From: Vicinamibacteria bacterium
GTDB lineage: Bacteria > Acidobacteriota > Vicinamibacteria > Marinacidobacterales > Marinacidobacteraceae
DNA length: 64,000 bases
Reading direction: 5' to 3'
Assembly (NCBI GenBank): GCA_963555995.3
Contig: OY821641.1
Location: forward strand, 2,464,001 to 2,528,000
Shown in pieces: positions 57,165 through 64,000 of the stretch. The notes under the pieces were generated by a model. The model had not been told where the DNA came from. It did no database searches and saw only the letters and a program-made list of their open reading frames with translations. Each line of letters opens with the position of its first letter. The stretch's first letter is position 1. Position numbers and translations under genes: made by a program.

Positions 57165-59554
57165 AACCGGAAGAGGCGGGTGAACTTGACGACCAGCGCC
57201 CGGTCGGTCAGCCCGGAGAGGCCGTCATCCCCGTCCCGGTTCGTGCTGAAGACGACGAACAGGTCGCTGCCCGGCGAGTACTCCCACCGGAACCGCACGT
57301 TGGCGGACATGAGCTGCGCCGCCGAGTTGTACTGGACCAGCGCCCCGACGAAGCTGCGGGGGGAGACGGTGTAGGTGGCGCGCAGGCGGCTGACCTGCGC
57401 CTGCACTTCGCCGCCGGGCGCGTCAATCCAGTTGAGGCTGATGTTCGGCTCCATGGAAAACCGCTGGTTCACCTCGGCGCGTCCCCAGTAGCTCACCTCG
57501 CGCCGGGTGCCGCCGAAGAAGTCGCCGAACTCGTAGCGGACGTATCCCGAGACCGCGCGGTGCGTTCCCAGCCAGAACCGGATTCCGCTGCGCGCGAAGC
57601 GGTAGTTGCCCGCCGGCACCCGGACATCGCTGGAGAGGGGGAATCCTTCGAGGAGATGCTCCTCGGTCAGGGAGTGCGTCACCACCAGGCGGTCGCTGCT
57701 CTCGAAGATGGCCCGTCCCTCGAAGTTGTATTCCTGCGTCTCCATTTCGCCGTCGGGGCGGTCGTACCGGTTCGCGTCCACCTTGAACTCGAACTGGCGG
57801 ATCCGCTCGATCCCCCGCGGACGCGGGGCGAACGTGAGGGAGCCTCCGTTCTTGGTGAAGTCCCGCCGGCGGACGAAGCCCATCCCCGGGTTGAAGTCCT
57901 CGCCGAGGTAGAGCCGCTCGGCCGAGACATCAATCAGGTCGGTGTCATAGCGGAACTGGCCCATGTAGCTGGCCGCCCGGTGTCCGGCCTCCACGCCGGA
58001 CTCGCTCGTCGCCATGTAGAAGCTGTTGATCCGGATGTTCTCGGTGGGGGCGAAGTTCCCGTCCACCCCGTAGAGCGAGTTGGCCCCCGAACCGTCGGCG
58101 CCGATGTTCCGGTGGGTGGCGATGACGCCGATGTTGGACCGCGCGAAGAGGTCCCGCTTCATCCGGAAGGCGCTGAAGTTGGTGCTCTCCACGTCGAGGC
58201 CGGGCACCGTCCCCGTCTGGATGTTCATGAGCCCCATCGTGTAGGCGCCGGCCCGGCCGTGGAGGCGGGCGCCCCCGAGGATCGGGACCGCGCTGCCGCC
58301 GGAGATCCCGATGGACCGGCTGAAGAACGGGATGGGGGCGTCGGACGGGCCCTGCCCGCCGAAGGCGCGGGTCTGCCGGCCGCCGAAGTCGAACACCCCC
58401 TGTCCCTCGAGGAAGAACTCGCGCTTCTCCGGGTAGAAGAGGCTGAAGCGGCTCAGGTTGACCTGGGTCTCGTCGTCCTCGACCTGCGCGAAGTCGGTGT
58501 TCCAGGTGACGTCGGCGGTGAGCCCGTCGGTGACGCCGAACTTGAAATCGGCGCCGAGGTCGCCGGACCACTCGTCGTTGATGTCGCGCAGGGGCGCATT
58601 CGCCTGGGAGCCGATGGCGTAGGGCTTGAGCTCCATCCGGCGCGAGCCGGCGGGCGCTTCGAGGCCCACGAGCGTCGCCGCATTGGACAGGCGGATCAGC
58701 GCCTGCCGGTCGTAGGCCTGCGGCGTGGGGGTGAAGAACACCTTCTCGTTCCGGTGCTTGATGTTCCGCTGGAAGTTGATGCCCCAGAGCTGGGCGCCGC
58801 CGGACGCGTAGCGGAGCGAGCGGAAGGGAATCCGGATCTCGGTGGTCCAGCCGCCCTCCACCGTCCGGCTCTTCACCCACCAGACGGTGTTCCAGTCGGC
58901 GTTCGTGTTCCGCTCGTCGGTCACCTGGGCGTCGTAGAGGGCGCCGAGGGGGTTCGTGTGGAACAGGAACCCGTTCCGGCGGTCGTAGAAGGTGTCGAGG
59001 ACGATCTGGAAGCTGTCGTTCCAGCCGATGCTCATGTGGTCCCGCCGCCGCTCGCCAGCCATCAGCGGACCCGGATGCTCCAGATCGGCCGCGATGTAGA
59101 GGTTCTCCGCGTCGTAGAGCACCCAGACGCGGGTGTCTTCCGAGGCGGGAGCGCCCTCGTTCGGCTCCTGCTGCAGGAAGCCGCCCGCCGCCGGGACCTG
59201 GTCGTACACCGGATCGTCGAGCACCCCGTCCACGGTGAGCGGCTCGGAGAGGCGGAAGGCGCGGAGGGTCACCCCGCCGTCCGCGTCGCGGCTGACGGCT
59301 TCCCCGGCGGCCGGCGCCGGCGGACCCAGGATGCGGCTCGCCATCGCCGAACTGACGGACCCCTGTTGATCGTCCGCGAGCCGCCCGGCGCCCCGGAGCG
59401 GAATGGCCAGGTCGCCGGAACCGTCCTGGACCTGGCGGTCGCGCGGCGGCGGAACGGGTCCGTCGGCGCCCGCGGAGACCCCGGCCGAAAGGGTGAAGAA
59501 CCCGACGGCGGCGACGCCCACACAACGCTGGAAAGTCAGGAAAGGGCGGTACAC
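57161..59554 (-). CDS. CBM9/DUF5916-like protein, array gene 4 (subfamily II)
   Basis: Signal peptide, NTDFAQVEDDETQVNLSRF, FTRLFRF; TAGAAT -10 at 59598-59603. Confidence 0.87.
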   Translation of the reverse strand: MYRPFLTFQRCVGVAAVGFFTLSAGVSAGADGPVPPPRDRQVQDGSGDLAIPLRGAGRLADDQQGSVSSAMASRILGPPAPAAGEAVSRDADGGVTLRAFRLSEPLTVDGVLDDPVYDQVPAAGGFLQQEPNEGAPASEDTRVWVLYDAENLYIAADLEHPGPLMAGERRRDHMSIGWNDSFQIVLDTFYDRRNGFLFHTNPLGALYDAQVTDERNTNADWNTVWWVKSRTVEGGWTTEIRIPFRSLRYASGGAQLWGINFQRNIKHRNEKVFFTPTPQAYDRQALIRLSNAATLVGLEAPAGSRRMELKPYAIGSQANAPLRDINDEWSGDLGADFKFGVTDGLTADVTWNTDFAQVEDDETQVNLSRFSLFYPEKREFFLEGQGVFDFGGRQTRAFGGQGPSDAPIPFFSRSIGISGGSAVPILGGARLHGRAGAYTMGLMNIQTGTVPGLDVESTNFSAFRMKRDLFARSNIGVIATHRNIGADGSGANSLYGVDGNFAPTENIRINSFYMATSESGVEAGHRAASYMGQFRYDTDLIDVSAERLYLGEDFNPGMGFVRRRDFTKNGGSLTFAPRPRGIERIRQFEFKVDANRYDRPDGEMETQEYNFEGRAIFESSDRLVVTHSLTEEHLLEGFPLSSDVRVPAGNYRFARSGIRFWLGTHRAVSGYVRYEFGDFFGGTRREVSYWGRAEVNQRFSMEPNISLNWIDAPGGEVQAQVSRLRATYTVSPRSFVGALVQYNSAAQLMSANVRFRWEYSPGSDLFVVFSTNRDGDDGLSGLTDRALVVKFTRLFRF

Positions 59555-59654
59555 GGCAACCGGATCTCGGTGCGAGAAATCTCGAAGACCAACGCGAATT
59601 CTAGCGGAACGGCATCATGTGCCGCCGCGCCGCTGGCGGCCGGGAAGTGCCCCG

Positions 59655-62060
59655 TCAGAACCGCATCAGGCGCGTGAACTTGACGACCAGCGCGCGGTCG
59701 CTGAGTCCGGAAAGACCGTCGTCCCCGTCGCGGTTCGTGCTGAAGACCACGAACAGGTCGCTGCCCGGGGAATACTCCCAGCGGTAGCGGACGTTCGCGG
59801 AGAACAACTGCGCCGCCGAGTTGTACTGGACGAGCGCGCCCAGGAAGCTGCGGGGCGACACGGTGTAGGTCGCGCGCAGCCGGCTCACCTGGGCCCGGAC
59901 GTTGCCCGCGGGCACCTCGATCCAGTTGAGACTGATGTTCGGCTCGAGGGAAAAGCGGGTGTTGAACTCGGCGCGTCCCCGGTAGCTCACCTGCCGCCGG
60001 GTGCCGCCGAAGAAGTCGCCGAACTCGTAGCGCAGGAATCCGGAGAACGGGCGGTGCGACCCCATGCGGACGCGGACGCCGGTACGGGAGAAGCGGTAGT
60101 CGCCGGCCGGAACGCCGACCTCGCTGGACAGATTGAACCCTTCGAGGAGGTGCTCCTCGGTCACCGTGTGGTCCACGAAGAGACGGTCGCTGCTCTCGAA
60201 GATGGTCTGGACCTGGAACATGTACTCCCGGGTCTCGGTCTCGCCGTCGGGACGGTCGTACTGGTTCGCATCCACCTGGAACTCGACCTGCCGGATCGCT
60301 TCGATGCCGCGGGGGCGCGGCGCGAGCGTGACGCTCCCCCCGTTCTTCGTGAAGTCCCGGCGGCGGACGAAACCCATCCCGGGGTTGAAGTCCTCGCCGA
60401 GATAGAGGCGCTCGGCGGAGACGTCGAACAGATCGGTGTCGTAGCGGAACTGGCCGAGGTAGCTCGCGGCCCGGCGCCCGGTCTCGACGCCGGGCTCGCT
60501 CGTCGCCATGTAGAAGGTGTTGATGCGGATGTGCTCGGTCGGGTTGAAGTTCCCGTCCACGCCGTAGAGCGAGTTCGATCCGGAACCGTCGGCGCTGACG
60601 TTCCGGTGGGTGGCGATCACCCCGATGTTCGACCGCGCGAAGAGGTCGCGCTTCATCCGGAAGGCGCTGAAGTTCGTGCTCTCCGCATCCACGCCCTGCG
60701 CTTCGCCGGTCTGGATGTTCAAGAGCCCCATCTGGTAGGCGCCGGCGCGGCCGTGGAGGCGGGCGCCCCCGAGGATCGGCACCGCGCTACCGCCGGAGAT
60801 CCCGATCGAGCGGCTGAAGAACGGGATGGGGATATCGCTTCCGCCCCCGCCGCCGAACCCCCGGGCCTGCCGGCCGCCGAAGCCGAAGACCCCCTGCCCC
60901 TCGAGGAAGAACTCCCGCTTTTCCGGGTAGAAGAGGCTGAAGCGGCTCAGGTTGACCTGCGTCTCGTCGTCCTCCACCTGGGCGAAATCGGTGTTCCAGG
61001 TGACGTCGGCGGTGAGTCCGTCGGTGACCCCGAACTTGAAGTCGGCGCCGACGTCGCCCGACCACTCGTTCAGCCGGTCGTGCAACGGGACGTGCGTCTG
61101 GGAGCCGATCGCGTACGGCTTCAGCTCCATCCGCCGCGAACCGGCGGGCGCTTCGAGTCCCACGAGCGTCGCCGCGTTGGAGAGCCGTTCCAGACTGCGG
61201 TAGCCGTACGCCTGGGGTGTCGGGGTGAAGAACGCCTGTTCGTTCTTGTGCTTGATGCGGCGGCGGAAGTTGATTCCCCAGAGCTGGGGTCCGCCCGCCG
61301 CGTAACGGAGCGAGCGGAACGGAATCCGGATCTCCAGGGTGTAGCCGTCTTCGACGAGCCGGCTCTTCACCCACCAGACCGTGTTCCAGTCACTGTTGGT
61401 GTTCCGCTCGTCGGTCACCTGCGCGTCGTAGAGCGCGCCCAGCGCGTTCGTGTGGAACAGGAAGCCGTTCCGCCGGTCGTAGAAGGTGTCGAGGATCACC
61501 GAGAAGCTGTCGCCCCAGTCAATGTTCCGCTGGTCGCGGCGCATCTCGTTGGCCATCAGCAACTCCGGGTCTCCGGTCAGCTCGGCGGCGATGTAGAGGC
61601 TGTCCGCGTCGTAGAGCACCCAGACGCGGGTGGATTCGGAAACGGGGGCGCCCTCGTTCGGCTCCTGCTGCACGAATCCGTCCGCCGCCGGCACCTGGTC
61701 GTACACCGGATCGTCGAGCACCCCGTCCACGGTGACCGGTTCGGCGAGGCGGAAGGCGCGGAGCGTCACCCGGCCGTCCGCGCCGCGGCTGACCGCTTCT
61801 CCCGCCGCCGGGGCGGGCGGACCCAGGATCCGGCCCGTGATCGCGGAGTTGAGGGACCCCTGCTGGTCGGCGGCGAGCCGGCCGGCGCCGCGGCTCGGGA
61901 TCCCGAGATCGTCCTGGCCGTCCTGGAGCCGCCGGTCCGCGGAAGCTGCAACCGGTCTCTCAGACGCAGTGTCGGCGAACGACGCGCCCGCGACCAGCGC
62001 GAGGAGGCCGGCGGCGGCAACGCCCCTCACGAAAACGGCACTCCGCAAGCGGCGGGACAC
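59655..62060 (-). CDS. CBM9/DUF5916-like protein, array gene 5 (subfamily II)
   Basis: Signal peptide, same motifs, FTRLMRF; GAAGGAAG SD and TATAGT -10 at 62099-62104. Confidence 0.87.
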   Translation of the reverse strand: MSRRLRSAVFVRGVAAAGLLALVAGASFADTASERPVAASADRRLQDGQDDLGIPSRGAGRLAADQQGSLNSAITGRILGPPAPAAGEAVSRGADGRVTLRAFRLAEPVTVDGVLDDPVYDQVPAADGFVQQEPNEGAPVSESTRVWVLYDADSLYIAAELTGDPELLMANEMRRDQRNIDWGDSFSVILDTFYDRRNGFLFHTNALGALYDAQVTDERNTNSDWNTVWWVKSRLVEDGYTLEIRIPFRSLRYAAGGPQLWGINFRRRIKHKNEQAFFTPTPQAYGYRSLERLSNAATLVGLEAPAGSRRMELKPYAIGSQTHVPLHDRLNEWSGDVGADFKFGVTDGLTADVTWNTDFAQVEDDETQVNLSRFSLFYPEKREFFLEGQGVFGFGGRQARGFGGGGGSDIPIPFFSRSIGISGGSAVPILGGARLHGRAGAYQMGLLNIQTGEAQGVDAESTNFSAFRMKRDLFARSNIGVIATHRNVSADGSGSNSLYGVDGNFNPTEHIRINTFYMATSEPGVETGRRAASYLGQFRYDTDLFDVSAERLYLGEDFNPGMGFVRRRDFTKNGGSVTLAPRPRGIEAIRQVEFQVDANQYDRPDGETETREYMFQVQTIFESSDRLFVDHTVTEEHLLEGFNLSSEVGVPAGDYRFSRTGVRVRMGSHRPFSGFLRYEFGDFFGGTRRQVSYRGRAEFNTRFSLEPNISLNWIEVPAGNVRAQVSRLRATYTVSPRSFLGALVQYNSAAQLFSANVRYRWEYSPGSDLFVVFSTNRDGDDGLSGLSDRALVVKFTRLMRF

Positions 62061-62178
62061 GGGGACTTCCTTCGGACCAGTGGCGACAACCGGCGCGGAC
62101 TATAGCCCTCTCGAATCGCGGTTGCGAACGCGGCGCGGGCAACCCGGAGGAGCGCCGGTGGACGGGCGCGGAAACTCG

Positions 62179-64000
62179 TCAGAACCGGAAGAGACGGGTG
62201 AATTTCACGACGACGGCCCGGTCGCTGAGCCCGCTGAGACCGTCGTCGCCGTCGCGGTTCGAACTGAAGACCACGAAGAGGTCGCTCCCCGGGGAGTACT
62301 CCCAGCGGAAGCGCACGTTCGCGGAAAACAGTTGCGCGGCCGAGTTGTACTGGACCAGCGCCCCGAGGAAGCTACGGGGCGAGACGGTGTAGGTCGCCCG
62401 GAGACGGCTCACCTGCGCCGTCACGTCGCCCCCGGGCACTGTGATCCAGTTCAGGCTGATGTTCGGCTCGAGCGAGAAGCGCTGGTTCACCTCGGCGCGT
62501 CCCCAGTAGCTGACCTCCTGCCGGGTACCGCCGAAGAAGTCCCCGAACTCGTAGCGGACCATGCCCGAGACCTTGCGGTGGGACCCCATCCGGACCCGCA
62601 CCCCGGTCCGCGCGAACCGGTAGTTCCCGGCGGGAACCACGACCTCGCTGGAGAGGTTGAAACCTTCGAGAAGGCGCTCTTCCGTCACGGTGTGGTCGAA
62701 CATGAGGCGATCGCTGCTCTCGAAGATGATGCTCGTGTCGAACGTGTACTCCCGCGTCTCCATCTCACCGTCGGGCCGGTCGTACTGGTTCGCCTCGACC
62801 TCGAACTCGACCTGGCGGACCGCCTCGATGCTCCGGGGGCGCGGCCCGAACAGGAACGAGCCGCCGTTCTTGGTGAAGTCCCGCCGGCGGATGAAGCCCA
62901 TGCCGGGATTGAAATCCCCGCCGAGGTAGAGGCGCTGGACCTCGACGTCAATCAGGTCGGAGTCGTAGCGGAACTGGCCCATGTAGCTGGCGGCCTGGTG
63001 TCCGGTCTCCACTCCGGGCTCGCGGGTCGCCATGTAGAAGGTGTTGAACCGGATGTTGTCGGTCGGCGCGAAGTTCCCGTCCACGCCGTAGAGGGAGTTG
63101 GACCCGGAACCGTCGGCGCTGATGTTCCGGTGGGTGGCGATGACGCCGATGTTCGACCGCGCGAAGAGATCGCGCTTCACCCGGAAGGCGCTGAAGTTGG
63201 TGCTCTCCACGTCGAGGCCTCCGACTTCGCCGGTCTGGATGTTCATCAGGCCCATCTGGTAGGCGCCGGTGCGGCCGTGGAGCCGCGCGCCCCCGAGGAT
63301 CGGCACCGCGCTGCCGCCGGAGATGCCGATGGAACGACTGAAGAACGGAATCGGGACATCGGTCGGGCCGCCGAAGAACCGGGTCTCCCGACCGCCGAAG
63401 TCGAAGACCCCCTGCCCCTCCAGGAAGAACTCGCGCTTTTCCGGGTAGAACAGGCTGAACCGGCTCAGGTTGACCTGGGTCTCGTCGTCCTCCACCTGCG
63501 CGAAGTCGGTGTTCCAGGTGACGTCGGCGGTGAGCCCGTCGGTGACGCCGAACTTGAAGTCCGCGCCGAGGTCGCCGGACCACTCGTCGTTGATGTCCCG
63601 CAGGGGAGCGTTCGTCTGGGAGCCGATGGCGTACGGCTTGAGCTCCATCCGCCGCGATCCGGGAGGCGCCTCGAGACCGACGAGGGTCGCCGCGTTCGAG
63701 AGCCGCAGCAGCCCGAACCGGTCGTACGCCTGCGGCGTCGGGGTGAGGAAGGACCGCTCGTTCGTGTGCTTGATGAGGCGGCGGAAGTTGATCCCCCAGA
63801 GCTGGGCGCCGCCCCCGGCGTAGCGGAGCGAACGGAAGGGAATCCGCATCTCCACGGTCCAGCCGTCGTCCCGGCGGTGCGTCCGCACCCACCACACGGT
63901 GTTCCAGTCGGCGTTCGTGTTCCGCTCGTCGGTGACCTGGGCGTCGTAGAGCGCGCCCGCCGCGTTCGTGTGGAAGAGGACGCCGTTCCGCCGGTCGTAG
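62179..64000 (-). CDS. CBM9/DUF5916-like protein, array gene 6 (subfamily II); 5' end beyond the window
   Basis: Frame is open to the window edge (YDRRNGVLFHTN...), same motifs, FTRLFRF. Confidence 0.87.
   Translation of the reverse strand, partial: YDRRNGVLFHTNAAGALYDAQVTDERNTNADWNTVWWVRTHRRDDGWTVEMRIPFRSLRYAGGGAQLWGINFRRLIKHTNERSFLTPTPQAYDRFGLLRLSNAATLVGLEAPPGSRRMELKPYAIGSQTNAPLRDINDEWSGDLGADFKFGVTDGLTADVTWNTDFAQVEDDETQVNLSRFSLFYPEKREFFLEGQGVFDFGGRETRFFGGPTDVPIPFFSRSIGISGGSAVPILGGARLHGRTGAYQMGLMNIQTGEVGGLDVESTNFSAFRVKRDLFARSNIGVIATHRNISADGSGSNSLYGVDGNFAPTDNIRFNTFYMATREPGVETGHQAASYMGQFRYDSDLIDVEVQRLYLGGDFNPGMGFIRRRDFTKNGGSFLFGPRPRSIEAVRQVEFEVEANQYDRPDGEMETREYTFDTSIIFESSDRLMFDHTVTEERLLEGFNLSSEVVVPAGNYRFARTGVRVRMGSHRKVSGMVRYEFGDFFGGTRQEVSYWGRAEVNQRFSLEPNISLNWITVPGGDVTAQVSRLRATYTVSPRSFLGALVQYNSAAQLFSANVRFRWEYSPGSDLFVVFSSNRDGDDGLSGLSDRAVVVKFTRLFRF

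Noticed and set aside
49769-64000. Diversity-generating retroelement or invertase shufflon acting on the array
   Set aside because: No reverse transcriptase, recombinase, adenine-specific template repeat or inverted cassettes in the window; all genes are full length and co-oriented

Overview
Very GC-rich bacterial chromosomal window. The gene content and style suggest Acidobacteriota, but this is an unverified inference. Left to right it holds: an ECF sigma / anti-sigma / Spy-like / RND efflux operon (MFP runs off the left edge); a trans-sulfuration enzyme; a Gly-Cys-Leu tRNA operon; a housekeeping run (yraN, cysS, RsbU/W/V-type partner-switching genes, ribF, DUF1844, mazG, comEC, birA, icmF, IHF/HU, rpsA); 2-oxoacid:ferredoxin oxidoreductase; a DMT transporter; pdxS/pdxT; a complete IS21 element with a 5-bp target duplication; a polyproline-tethered Pal; pyrK-pyrD-pyrF; an orphan PilB/GspE ATPase; HU; several secreted enzymes and transporters; and a tandem array of at least six CBM9/DUF5916-like predicted outer-membrane beta-barrel genes running off the right edge. 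The most unusual signals are: (i) that diversified six-gene array, with two subfamilies, mosaic patches, hypervariable segments, REPs at stop codons and a probable CTG start; (ii) a 181-bp TA-targeting, self-folding MITE-like family whose conserved core carries different, internally compensated terminal repeats, nests into itself and rewrites gene ends; (iii) a transcription-oriented REP/BIME family that is also the IS21 target. All calls come from reading the sequence and recalled motifs; no searches were run.
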